A stretch of DNA of 64,000 nucleotides. Origin: Ramazzottius varieornatus. Lineage: Eukaryota; Animalia; Tardigrada. The translations under genes were made by a program, and so were the position numbers. This document shows, piece after piece, positions 1-12,214 of the stretch (position 1 is its first letter; every line of letters starts with the position of its first letter). The notes beneath the pieces were generated by a model. It was not told where the DNA came from. It saw nothing but the letters and a program-made list of their open reading frames with translations, and made no database searches. The DNA lies in NCBI GenBank assembly GCA_001949185.1, contig BDGG01000002.1, forward strand, positions 775,481-839,480, written 5' to 3'.

Positions 1-821
1 CGTTATCCATATCAGTATGGTCCCCCGAATGCTGGCTCTGTTCATCGGACATATCGTCTGTCGAGCCACGCTTCTGCTGCAAGGCCTGGAACCTTTTGCG
101 AAAAGCCACATCCAACGTCCGTGTCTTGGCTCGGGCTCGGCGGTGATTCTCTAAATGTTGGATCATATGGCGGTTCCTGTTGCGCACTGACGGGTCGCCT
201 TCTTCGGAAGAGGCGGTAATCTCTCCACTCTCCATACTGAGTAACTCGTCCTCGTCAATACCTCTCAAGGCCTGCAATGCCCTGGCAATCTCCACGGCGT
301 TCCGTTCGATGAATTCATCGTCAGAAATGTCTTTGATGTTGGGTCGGCAGCAGAAGAGCTCAGTGGAAGCTAGAATGTGGGAGATTGTGCCGAAGCGATG
401 GAACAACATGGCAATGAACTGAATGACCAGAATGAGGAGGAAAAAAAAGACGAAGACCATGCCGATGGGCTCGAGTTTGAGGTAGACTAACTCGGTCTTG
501 GGACAGAGGGTCGACTCGACGGGGAGGGGTAAGGCCGACAGATTCTTGGTCAGACTGGCCAGCAAGCCGTACATGGCTGGGTCGGCCAGACCTCGGGCTA
601 GTCCGACGACGCTGGTGCAGTTGACCCAGGTTAGATTTTGACGGAAACCGATGGGCCAGACAATGTGCAGTTCCTCTTTGCGCAGTTGGAGGAGGAAGAC
701 GATGAGGACAAAGAGGCAGTTGATCATGAAGAAAGCCAAGGCCACTTTGTTGCGCAGGGCTTTCAGCTCGCGCGAGACGCGGTCGCGCTCTTCATCGTTA
801 TGTTCCAGTGGATGCAGATAC
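1..821 (-). CDS. CHS: Chitin synthase, C-terminal-region exon (coiled coil, transmembrane helices, cytoplasmic tail); runs off the window's left edge
   Basis: After acceptor ttgtccag| the minus strand reads YLHPLEHNDEERDRVSRELKALRNKVALAFFMINCLFVLIVFLLQL...LEPIGMVFVFFFLLILVIQFIAMLFHRFGTISHILASTEL...TLDVAFRKRF, matching arthropod chitin synthase C-terminal motifs. The frame is open to position 1. Confidence 0.93.
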
Positions 822-1972
822 CTGGACAAATAAAGCAAAATGCTTAGACCATACGATCGGTCAATCAGTCAAGGAGAATAACGTATTTAGACAGCTTCCA
901 GTTTTCGAGCCGTGGACATGAAGTGGGAGCTCGACAAACAACCCGACCAAATCAGTGTTCCAAGTGACGGACGCTTGCAGCCCATAACACTGGAAGCGTG
1001 CGCCACATGGCAGAATACGGTCTTGGCCTTCTTCTTTGTCGGGCTTTTGACGTGTGACTGGCACAGATTTATGCGATGGCCTTTGTGATGAGCAACTTTT
1101 CAATCACGTTCCTGATGCTCACTTGGTTCAACCATGAGCTATATTACATCTCGGCTCACTTCTAGTCGTCCGACATGTACGTGATCTAGGTGTCATCACG
1201 AATTTCGAAACTCCGACAAGACATCATGTCGGAAGCCTGAAATTGAATTTTACGTGGTTCGTCGGAGTTTAATGAAACCCAGAAATGTGTCGTGTCAGAC
1301 AGAGCGATTACACGGCAGGACACTCGGTTGATTGGGGCATCAAGAAAGGTCACTGGAAAACCATCAAACGCCGCGTCGTTCTCGTTCTGCAACCAGATGT
1401 ACCCTCGAATTTAATTGTAGTTTAACTGAATTCTAATCTAATAGCAAAATTTGAAAGCCAAGAATCTTTCATAGCTGGCTCCGGAATAATTTATAGAGCT
1501 TTGGTCAGTTGACCAGCGGCTACTGACGCCCAGACGAAAATTCAAAATTCCGAGAAATTTTAGATTCCCAACTGTAGCGTATCGAAGCTGTTTGCGCAGT
1601 CGAAAGTTCAGTGACGGGAGACATATCCAGCGCAATAAGGTCTACTCGGTAGTAGGGGTCAGCGGTCCCAAAGCGTCGTTTGAGAGTGGTTGGACGTCTG
1701 GAAGATGCCCTGACTAACAAGAGCAGGCACGAGGATCGAGAGTGGGCAGAGGTGGAGAAAGGAGGTCAGTTGTGAAAACTAACGGGAGCATTTAAACAGC
1801 GATGAAATTTCGCTGTCCAGAGATTTCCAAGTCCAAAATTTTGCGCGTACATGATCAACATGAATACCGGCGCCCAGCCTGCGGTCGGAAACGTGTGCGC
1901 TGGTTGAGGTGAGTGTAGTCTAAGTACCTGTCCGGCCCAAACAGAAGTACGGAAAACATCTCGCTCAGTACT

Positions 1973-2410
1973 TTGCTTGGCACTTTTTTTCCCTTGGGTG
2001 ATCAACACCTGGTCTACGGTGCGTCGGTGACAACCGTCATCAGCACTAGAGGCACGATAGGCTTTTCGCTGCTGTTTGTGGTCCTAACCAGACAACCCAG
2101 CCACCTGCAAAAGTCGAAACTGATCCTATTGCTTTTGATTGTCTTTGAATTTACCATTTGCGCAGCATTTGCCGATCCAGAACGTCAAAACCTTCCAGAC
2201 GCTGGGTCGAACTGTTTCGGAAACATTTGCCTGCAGGAATCATTTATTTTTCTTTTTGGCAACAGTGCCGTTGCCAACTGGATATCCGTGGTCATTGCTA
2301 TGGCTCGCTTTGTCGCCGTCCGTTGGGCTCGTCATTACACCAAAACTACTGCCAGGTAAGATCTCCATTTTCAGTTCCTTGTATGTTTGGTGTTTGATAG
2401 TTACTGGAGG
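1973..2410 (+). pseudogene. Degenerate rhodopsin-class GPCR fragment (about TM1-TM4)
   Basis: Hydrophobic segments plus NWISVVIAMARFVAVRWARHY (TM3 / DRY-equivalent region), stop at 2359, no TM5-7 seen. Confidence 0.5.
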
Positions 2411-2877
2411 CGGAGCAGGACTTAGTGCAAAGACGCACAACGAGTGGGTGTTATGACATGCATGCGCGTCTGCACCGAGCGTGGCCATGTTCGAGATGTG
2501 CAAGTCTAATCACTCACCGTTGATTAATCAATGATTATGTCTGATTCAGATTAATCAGACAGTTCCCACACGCTGTGCACTTGTCAATGGAAAGAGTGGC
2601 AAAACAGTGGCCTCTGAACTTTCTTAATCGGCCACAGCAGTCACTCTAAAAGTACTCTTACCAACCGCCTGACTGACAAGAAAATCAAGGCGCCTGGAGA
2701 TGTAGTCGACCACGCTTATCTGATAGGAGTACTTTCCGCCACTCGACAAAAATCTGATAGCTCGCACTTTCCGATTCAGCTTTTCTGAGTTGCTCTCCGT
2801 ATTCAGTGTGTCCGGTCGCTTGGCGTCTGAGTAGTTCTTTCGTGTATTATCTGAGAATTGAATTTTTCCCTTGCAAC

Positions 2878-5325
2878 ATGGAAAAGCAGAAGACAGACAT
2901 CTTGACGGCATCTGCAACCTCGGCTAATCTCTCCGAGGGACATTCCGCAACCACGTTCATCTTTACTCTAGAAGACAGCCAGCTGCTGTCACAAGTTTTG
3001 CAGATAATCAACGTGAGTAATGTTGACATTTCGTGCGGCAATCTTCTAGCTATAGATGCAATTGTCAGCGGTGTCTAAATCTTTCGGTAGGTTGCGGAAT
3101 TACAGATTCAGCATATAGAATCCCGCTCGGAATTCGGTGCATCACTCACAATGATGCTTGTTGTGTCGACGAATGGAAACGCTGCCACAGGGTTAAAAAT
3201 GCAAATCCAAGCGCTGACCAAAAGCCCTGTTGAGATGTATTCAAACTCTGCAAAGATGACCAATGGCGAACGAGACTCGGCTGGTGCGCCACCGGAGCAA
3301 CTTGACAACTACCCTGAAACAGCAAGAGAAGAGCTACAGGCATTTCCCAACGTTCCCTGGTTCGCCACCACCATGCAGGAACTAGCTGCGCATCTGGGAA
3401 AAACATTGCAGTCGGGCGACGATCTGGACGCAGACCATCCCGTAAGTCATACAGTAAACCTCCTAGGACGATAGTTGTATGTAGTGCTCCGTTTCAGAGC
3501 TTCAAAGACGAAGTGTACAGAGCGCGACGAAAGGTTTTCGTTGATATCGCAAAGGCCTATAAACTGTAAGGCAGTCAAAACCCAGGTATGCTGTCCTGTC
3601 TTCGAGAGATAAGTTTTTTTTTCTACAGGGGAGATCCAATTCCACATGTCGAATATACGGAAGAAGAAAACAAAACATGGTAGGCCCTGTTAATATTTAT
3701 GTTTAACACTCTTACATAGTCCTACAATGCAAACTTTGACGATAGAATTTACCGTTTGTGTAGGGGAGAAGTTTATCGTGGGCTGACAAAGCTCTACCCG
3801 ACTCATGCTTGCTCAACCTACAACAAGATGTTCCCGCTGCTCGTCAAGCATTGCGGTTTCAGCGATAAGAAGATCCCTCAGATGGCTGAAGTGTCTGCCT
3901 TTGTACAAAGTAAGCCTTATCATCCCACTTAACTTGTCTTTCTTATCGGAGCTTTCATTAGATTTATTGCAAACTTTAGGCAGAACGGGCTTTCGTTTAC
4001 GACCCATTTCGGGGCTCGTAGATTTTCGGGATTTCTTGGCGGGACTCGCTTTCAGGTAGCAGGAGTACCACATATGCCGAACCGTTACTGCTTGTAGTGT
4101 GGTTTCTCTCTCGTAGGGTTTTCAATGCCACCATGTACATTCGCCATCACTCAGCACCGCAGTACACCCCAGAACCAGATATTTGTCATGAGCTCTTGGG
4201 GCACGTCCCTCTCTTTCTCGACGAAGAGGTTGCACAATTTTCTCAAGAAATCGGTTTGGCTTCTCTGGGCGCTCCTGACGAATGGATCGAGAAGCTGGGC
4301 AATGTAAGCATAAACAACAACTGGGAGTTCGGAAACCAAAGTCGGCTTTCTTCCAGTGGCGCACAGGGTCACGTAACAGGACCAGAAGAGTGCGCCACTA
4401 GGAGAAACAATCTTTGCGAGTTTGTATGCCCAACTCCCGAATTAAAGTGCACACCTTGATAAGTGCCCTTATTCTGTGCTGAACATCTGCTCGTATTTAC
4501 TCGCTGTAGCTCTACTGGTACACCGTGGAGTTTGGACTGTGTAAAGATAAGGACACCGGCGAAAACCGCGTTTATGGTGGAGCGCTGCTGTCATCTTTCG
4601 GTGAACTACAAGTAAGTTCTGCTCTTACCGCTGCTCACACTCGATAAACACGGAATTCGTATGTACAGTACACGCATGGCGAGAAATCGTGGGCCAGTAC
4701 AAATTATGGGCCAGACGGCCAAATAGAAACTCAACCGTAGAAAAGTGTCGGAATGTGCGTTAGTACGAACCAGTCGCGTACGTACGTGCCTTTGTACTGC
4801 CCTAGCAGAAAGGCCTGGTCCATAATTTTCACTGGCCCATAATTTCTCGTCGTGCGTGTACTGTTATTTGAAGCTTGTAGTGAAACTGTTTTCCCGCAGC
4901 ATTGCCTGACGGATAAGGCTTTTCTGCGACCGCTCGAAACAGAGAAAGCCGCTGCCACGCCTTATCCCATTACACGCCACCAGGACGTGTATTTTGTCGC
5001 CGAAGACTTCCAGGACGTTCGAAATCAGCTGGCGTGAGTCATTTTTTTCGATACAAATGCCAATCAGATTTCCATCAATGCATTTGTTGCATCGACAGGG
5101 AATGGCTAATCAAAATTCCTCGGCCTTTTATGCTTCGGTACAACGCGTATCGCGAAAGTGTGGAGCTGCTATACAAGAAGGAACACTTGCACGCCCTTGT
5201 TCGCGACATCCAAAGTAAGTGTCATTCGCTCAAAAATAGGTCGCGAACACAACATGCAGTACATGTGGTTCTGTATTGAAGCGGACGTGAAAACCCTGGT
5301 GGGCACCATAAACAAGATAAGATAA
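2878..5325 (+). CDS. PAH: Aromatic amino acid hydroxylase, phenylalanine-4-hydroxylase-like. Exons approx. 2878-3012, 3091-3441, 3498-3565, 3629-3679, 3764-3909, 3980-4055, 4117-4303, 4510-4611, 4900-5033, 5099-5214, 5282-5325
   Basis: ACT-domain HIESR, then [34 protein letters not shown] and YWYTVEFG (iron ligands H/H/E), [10 protein letters not shown]. All introns GT-AG and in phase. W in YW-TVEF and I in YPIT fit PAH rather than TPH or TH. Confidence 0.93.
4666..4863. mobile_element. MITE in a PAH intron (CAGTACACGC terminal inverted repeats, Tc1/pogo-like)
   Basis: cagtacacgcatggcgagaaatcgtgggccagt ... actggcccataatttctcgtcgtgcgtgtactg; TA on the left flank. Confidence 0.75.
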
Positions 5326-5738
5326 CTTGTTCGAATACCGAGCTACGGTAAATTTGTTCTTTTGTCCGGAATGCGTCAAACTTGTGGGTTCATATTCCAT
5401 CAATTTTCCACAAGCTAACTTTCTCTTGCGACTGACCGCATCAAAACAAGATCGTCGATGCAGATTAATGAAAGTTCACCAATCGGCACTTGCACCCTTG
5501 CAATGTCGACAGCTCTGCGCACACAGGGATGTGCGTCCCAGGGCCGTCCTGACATCGGAGAAGAAAACGAGTTCAAATCACCTGTGTTGTTCAAAGCATG
5601 AACATGTGCAGTACACGCTTAACCCAGCTGAATTCGAACTTCGCTGCACAGCAACGCTTGTTTGTTGTTTTGCGTCGCTGCCGTCTCCCTTTTTGAGATT
5701 AGACTATTGTCTTCAGATAAAGACATTATCCCCAGCTA

Positions 5739-6482
5739 CAGGGCGCTCGCACCAACTTGCTACCGCCCGTTATATCCACGAGGAAGAAATCAGATGGCTT
5801 CTTTTCCGCTTGTTCTTCGCCACTATCCAAACAACTTTTCAAGCTGTTTCGGCTGAACTATGAGCCATTCCGTTATGTTGAACAGCAGCTTGAAAAATTT
5901 GACTAGTGAGACTTCCGGTGGGGAAGACCCACCGTACCGACCAAAACTGTTGTCGACAGGACCCCCTGTTAGAGTTTCGACCCGACATCTGCTATCAATA
6001 AAATGAAAACTGTCTGATTTCTACGTGAAAATTGAAAAGAACCATGAGGATATCGAAATAACACAGCAAACAAATTTTAAACAGCAAATTCCGCCGTTTT
6101 GCCGGGAAACCTTGCTCCACGAAAAACGTTCCGGCTTTTGCCTTGATCGGCAGATTCATGGTTTCGACCATCCTTTTCGAGTAACCCAGATCATGATTCA
6201 CATATTTTGAATCGCATTTCCGCATCACTTCAACGGAAAACTGAGAGAATAATTTTTGGAAACGACCCCGAAAACTGCGAAAGTGGTTTGACTTTTGGCT
6301 TCTCTCCTCCTCCAGCTCAATGTCCGTTACGACTCTTCCTCAAAAGATTTCGGGTCGGTTATTTTTCACGAGGTTGTAAACAGGATGTCAGACCAGGGAA
6401 AATTAGTTTGAAAGCTGAGTAATGATCCATTCAAGAAATTCAAGATTCTATGGGTGGTGGCAAGGTTGGTGCGAGCGCCCTG
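5739..6482. mobile_element. Non-autonomous Tc1/mariner-type element
   Basis: TA|cagggcgctcgcaccaacttgctaccgccc ... gggtggtggcaaggttggtgcgagcgccctg|TA; ~30-bp inverted termini, TA on both flanks. Confidence 0.8.
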
Positions 6483-7632
6483 TAGTACAAATCGTGCTGT
6501 TAGTATCAATAATTTCCACTCAATTTTAAACGAAGCAAAATTGCCTCGTTTTGGTGGTTACTGTAAACAGGTACATGCACGGAAACACTGCGGCCCATCG
6601 TGCCACTGAACGACGGCGGTTCATATCCATTTTCTTGCATCTAGCATAACCGTAGAGTAGTACCCAAATCACCCCACGCTGAATGTCGCAGAAGTGACCA
6701 TAAAACACGCTCCAACTCCCGGTTTCTACAGTGTACTGCACTTTTCGAGTTACGTCTCCGTTAAGAACGCCTGGTCTAGTACATTGAGCAATTACATCCA
6801 CGCAACCGTAGATTTTTCCAACGAGTGAACCCTTTAATCTGCTATGGTATCCTACGCTTTAACTCGCAGCTGCTGAGATAACGTCACTCTTTCGGCGCAC
6901 CAAATGCTGCATTGCGCACCGTCACAACCGATGAGAAGATCAGCGAGGACAGAGCTTTATTTTCCGAACGTTGCTTCTTCGGAGATACAAGGAACATATC
7001 ATCAGTGCCAAGTTATGAGAGGCCACGCGTACCAGCAGTTCTCTTGAGGGCCCAGGAAGCGAAGGATTTGGGTTCGGCTATAAGGCCCTACTCCAAGCAC
7101 TAATTTCGATGTTTAATCAACATGAGGGGAATCAGGAGTAGACTCAGACGATTTCCGCTACGTTTTCGCCGTATGAATAGCAACTCCGGTAGTTCCCCCG
7201 AGCCAGTGCAACCTTCTTAATCCGTCTTGATCAGAGAGTTTTGCGATACATAATCCACCCCGATTTCCAATCAGCTACAGCTACTAATTGGATACGACTA
7301 CAGTAGTGAGCAATGGATTAAATCTGATTGCCTGATCGTGAAACCGGCTTTACTGGAGCCCCATCTGCACCACTTTAGGTTATGGAGAATACACTCGTCC
7401 CAACCGTCGTCGCATTTGATGGGAATAACCGGTCACGCCTTCGGGATCGAGCAGAGCACGTACATTGTTTGGGAGGTGTTTTTAAGTTGGTTTGACGCAT
7501 TAATCTCTATGAAAAATGTGGAGCACAAAATCACCTTCCTCGTTCATTCCCAGGCGTTAAAAAAGCTTCAAACGGGCTCTGAAGAAAATCCACATTACTT
7601 TTCCAATCTTATCCTGTCGCGCCATCTCCATC

Positions 7633-8832
7633 ATGAATTCCACGGACCGGAGAGACAAACTGTCTGCTCAGGCGAATGTGACCATGCAAAACCGGGCAAA
7701 CTCAAGCATCCACTACGAGTTAGTTCAAGGTTTCTGGACTTTCAGTCCCTCCTTCACGGTGTTCACCGTAGTTGCTGGTACGCTGGCCAACTTCGCAGTT
7801 CTTCGTCTTTTCCTCAAACGACCCACACTTCGGACCCCCCTCGGCATGTACCTGATCAACCTGCTCATCGTCAACATCGTGATGTCCTGCGTTCTCGAAC
7901 CACTCAACGTAGTCCACCACTACTTCTCCGCTTGGACGCTTGGGTACCACGCCTGCGTTCTCCGTCAATACCTTGGTTGGACAATTCTGGACGCGATCAT
8001 CTTCTCGCACTTTCTCATCGCTGTCAACCGTCTCTGGGCCGTCGTCTTTCCCATATCCTACCGGATGCAGTACACCGTCAAGGTAGCCATCGCAATCTGC
8101 GCCACATCCTGGATGGTCATCAACGTCTGTTTCATCCCAACAGTAATAACCATTACCTATGTAACCAACCCTGATGATCAAGGACGACAAGGCTGCTCAT
8201 TGAATACGGACCCCATCGGTGTATGGGGTCCAATCTTACAGATCGTCTTTTACGACCTACCCATCGCACTGGTCTTTCTACTGTACCCCGTCATCTGTTA
8301 TAAGTCCTTCTTCGGAACTCGCAAACACAGACAAATTCGAACTGGAAACGAAAGTTCCTTGCTGGCAAAAGGTCGCTTGGTCACCAGCCAGCCCACCAAC
8401 ACCGCGGGTCAGCCTACGGTTTCGAATGTGGCGGTCTTGGGTCAAACGGCCGGTAGCACGGAGCCAGAAAGTCACCTCGGTACTAATCAAGCAACAAAAC
8501 CTCTGAGTGAATCTACAGCCGTTGGTCTCTCGGTTGTGGCACCAAGCAACAAGGCGGAAACTGTAGCGGTCAAGTCACTCCGTTGTTGCAGGCCCCGATA
8601 TGGTAGTGCGTCAGGGTTCGCCACGTTGACCTTGATGACTTTGAGTGTGCTGGTGTGTCTGGCGCCCAACGAAGCCTATTTCACGTTGTTACTGGTGGTG
8701 GACACCGATCCGCCAGGTCTTTTTGAGATTGTGAAGGTGCTGCAATCGCTGACCATCATATTCGATCCCATTTTGATTGTGCTGGCCAACCCGGAACTGA
8801 GGAAGCTCGTGAGAAAGCCCTTCGGTGGTTGA
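7633..8832 (+). CDS. Intronless orphan rhodopsin-like (class A) GPCR, 399 aa
   Basis: Seven hydrophobic segments; GTLAN (TM1), LINL (TM2), W-LG---C (ECL1/TM3), IAVNRLWAVVFPISY (DRY variant), CLAP (TM6), FDPIL (NPxxY variant); long third intracellular loop. Confidence 0.9.
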   Translation: MNSTDRRDKLSAQANVTMQNRANSSIHYELVQGFWTFSPSFTVFTVVAGTLANFAVLRLFLKRPTLRTPLGMYLINLLIVNIVMSCVLEPLNVVHHYFSAWTLGYHACVLRQYLGWTILDAIIFSHFLIAVNRLWAVVFPISYRMQYTVKVAIAICATSWMVINVCFIPTVITITYVTNPDDQGRQGCSLNTDPIGVWGPILQIVFYDLPIALVFLLYPVICYKSFFGTRKHRQIRTGNESSLLAKGRLVTSQPTNTAGQPTVSNVAVLGQTAGSTEPESHLGTNQATKPLSESTAVGLSVVAPSNKAETVAVKSLRCCRPRYGSASGFATLTLMTLSVLVCLAPNEAYFTLLLVVDTDPPGLFEIVKVLQSLTIIFDPILIVLANPELRKLVRKPFGG

Positions 8833-9249
8833 CATGATACGCAGCTACCGGTCTGGACGGAACTGACAATCAACATCCATGCACACTATATGCCACAGAC
8901 GTCTGGTGCGACGGCGTCCAGTCCACGCGACCGGGTTGCTAAAGGACGATGTGTAATAGAATGCATGATAGAACAATGACTTATACGTACGTTTTATGAG
9001 AAACAGTTGGTGTACTGTGTCGAATATACTCTTCCGCAGTTACTCGGTGCACGGCCTGCCACTGCCTATTCTCCATGCACTACCCGCGACACTTCCTTTT
9101 ACCAGAGGCACTGCTTTTTACATTGCTTTCTGGCTGTGTGTGTACCTACTACTGTTCCAACAGGTGACAAAGTGATAAGTTTGCCGGCCACAGCTGTCAT
9201 ATTTGCCACGTGCTATGTTTAAGACATAAGCTCTGTTTCATCTATCGTT

Positions 9250-9452
9250 GGGTGGTACTTCTAGCCTCCTGGCCAACCCATCCAAAATTTTTTTATGGAT
9301 TCTTTTACGGCCATAGTTCTTAGTTCGCAAAGCGGGTCAACTTGGACGTTTTGGAAAGTTAAGATCAGCTCTTGATCATCCCGCTACGGGGAAGATCAAC
9401 TGATAGGATCTCTGATCCTCAGTATGTACGATCCTCCACACAGTCGTACGCG
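9250..9452 (+). repeat. Dispersed repeat, partial copy of the element at 42241-42440
   Basis: gggtggtactt...cctcctggcc...cttgatcatcccgctac...gaagatcaactg...gtatgtacgatcc..cacaca is shared by both loci. Confidence 0.75.
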
Positions 9453-9703
9453 TAAGTAATTTAAAAAGTATTCTGCAGAATATACCTTGAACTTTCTACT
9501 CACGTGACAATCCGGTCGACTTTTCAACCAGTCAAGCGATGAGCACCGGCAGTTCGGACAAGGAAATGAGGCACTGTTCTGGCTGCCTATGTCCCGGCAC
9601 GTGACAGGTTCTGGGGAAAACGGCCTAAACGGCCAGGATATAGCCCAAACATCGTACTATCCAACAAAACAAAAGAGATATTACCAACAAGAATTTATTT
9701 ATA

Positions 9704-9902
9704 CTAGCTAGTGGTTCTGACCACTGGGGAGGACGAGCGGATGCGTAGACGCACAGGGTTTGCAAGGAGAGCTTTTTTGCTGCCCGGATGAACTGACGCA
9801 TTATTTTACACTGATGACTTTGCGATTTCAGAAACCTTCATCGTTTGCGACATCCATTGAAATCGTGACAGACTTATAAACTCATCGCTTCGCTCGTCCT
9901 GA
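9704..9902 (-). mobile_element. Short non-autonomous Helitron-like element, copy 1
   Basis: Minus strand starts TC(aggacgagcgaagcg) and ends with hairpin gtggtcagaaccac then CTAG followed by T; ~200-bp homologue at 54241-54438. Confidence 0.6.
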
Positions 9903-11479
9903 CTACGCCAAACAGGAAGTATTTTCCGTCGTCGTCGTTAGGGAACATTTCGAAAAGCGTCTTAGTGGTAGCGAATTCGGTAAGAATGATAAAGGTTTCA
10001 TTTTTAGGCCACTCAGTCAGCCGTGACGGTGGAAATCGGAAGCTAGACATGAAGTAGTGTGTTTTACGCAGCGAAAAGCTCTGGTTGGCATATTTGCAAA
10101 ACTTTCTTTATAGAGTTCGGACAAATTCACACGTAGGCACGCTAGAAAGACCGATAATGATCCTGAATTCCTACTACGAGCGGATCGTGCTGATTGTTGG
10201 CGAGAACTCTCAGGTAGTTTTACAGGTTCGTCATCCCAGTAATGCCAGTTGAGTTATTAATGAATTCACACGAAAGTCACGTGATCCTAAGTACAAAACA
10301 TCGGTCTTGTTGAGGATCTTTAAAAGATCAAAATCGAATCAGTGCAAAGGGAGTTATGAATTTTTGAATCAAGGTGGCCAATCACTTATGGGAGCCAGCG
10401 CATGACGACCTCTGATAATACGTACGACGAACTCCATTCCGCACCAGGTGGTGTGCCACCGACGTGTTGTTAGGAATAGGGATAGTTTGGACTTGAGATG
10501 AACAGGACTCGTTGGGAATGGCAGAAGTGGGAGTTGGGCAGTCCCATGATCGCTAACTTAAGTCTTCTTATCTCTGGTGGTAAAAGTTACAAGAGTGTGC
10601 GAGCAAGCCACGCCACCAATGGGTAGGCTCCCAACACGCCCATTGAGCAGTAGTCAAGCAGCTGTTTCGTGTACAAATCTGCGTTTCGGCAGCATACCCA
10701 GTGATCTTGCGGCTTGTTTCACATACCTGTGTTATCTTCAGCAGTCGAGGCGCGAAAACTCGATGCGGGCTTGGATTTTTCAGTTTGCATTTTTGCCGTT
10801 ATCATAAGGTTGTCTATTCAAAGTTCATGCTAGCTCTTTTCCCAACATGGGGTCGGTGGCGCACGTTGTAGAAAGGAAACCGCATGGTGCAGAAAAAAGT
10901 AAGTTTTTGTAAACGTCGGCACACTTGTTCCAGTAAGGTAACAGGTTTATAAGTAAGGTAACAGTAAGGTAACAGGTTAATAAGTGCGTCGGCTACAGAT
11001 GGCTACAGCCGGACCATAATTTTTGTCGTGCATGTGTATACTTGAGAACATAGATTCTCGGAAGGCGGTTAATAGAGTTGTTACAGCGAAAAACGAATAT
11101 AGAGCTCAACAGGTTTTCTACCGTTAAACACTACTCTGTTCCCTCGATGGTTCTGCGCAATCAGGTGACACGCCCGCAAGTATCACCTGGCGGGACAGAA
11201 AATAGATGTACCTTCAATCGAGAATTACTCACCAGTTAAAAGCAGTGATGGGCGATAATCGTACAATCAGTATCAGAGCAGGTGCAATTTACTGGCTTGA
11301 TGACGTACTTCGCATCACGCGACTTTGTACTTACGCTTACTCTATCAAATTTGAACTTTTCGCCGTTTTTACAGTTTACAGTTTTGTACTTCGCGCCGCG
11401 TTGAAAGCCAATACTGATACATAACGGTGAAAAATTTGTATTTTTTCACCGTAACAATTCTAACGGCTATCGACAGATG

Positions 11480-11705
11480 CTAGCCGGCGTCATTACCCCG
11501 AGTCAGCGGTGACAAAGGAAACCGAGGGGTGATGGGTTCGATTTATCTCCTTCAATCGGTCGGCGGTAGTCTTGTGGCGTCCCTTTAGTGGGCAAATTGA
11601 TTGCTGGAACGCTGCTAGATCACCGTGGACTGATAGAGGGCGCTAAATCGGATCCCTCAGCCCCAGAATTTCCCGTTACCGCTGCCCCGAGTTACTAAGG
11701 CCGAT
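11480..11705. repeat. Long imperfect palindrome (old fold-back/MITE)
   Basis: Left arm cggcgtcattaccccgagtcagcggtgac... matches the reverse complement of ...gttaccgctgccccgagttactaaggccg. Confidence 0.55.
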
Positions 11706-12214
11706 CTATAAAATATGCGTATCGGTTTGAAGGGAAGGTATTTTGACCAGTGCAATCCCCACGTGCACTTTGGAGAACCATAACAGCTTGTCCATTTAGG
11801 TACCGGTACCCGGATCAGAAGCAAGATTTCCCTTGCGCGCGCCTGGTAGCGTTGTCGTTAATGTACGTCATTTGCAAACATCCCAGACGTAAGAAGAATC
11901 CAATGGGACACACCTATCGCAAATGAACGACAATCCAGACAAACCGAAGACGCATTCTTTCCCTAATTAGCCGGTAAACACACACATTGAAGGTAATAAA
12001 GTGGTTGCCGAAGGTCGAGAAGGCGGTTATAACCGTCCCAGTAAGCACACACGGTAAGTAACCGACGGAATACCAACCCCCCATGCACATCTAGTAAAGT
12101 CTACAAATACACGAGGAGAGAACAGGACAGAAAACCACTTTCGGCTTCCGATTTTTGCTCTTGGACTTCGTTACATATTCCGTCTTTTATCCTACATTCG
12201 CTTTAAATTCCAGA

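Noticed and set aside
1110-1140. ATG-GTT-GAA-CCA-A|gtgagc as a short first exon for the chitin synthase fragment
   Set aside because: Its splice phase does not match the exon starting at 821
7338-8174. 278-aa ORF overlapping the GPCR
   Set aside because: Alternate frame with no recognisable motifs
10930-10985. Short repeats of agtaaggtaacag
   Set aside because: Three degenerate copies without unique spacers; local slippage, not CRISPR
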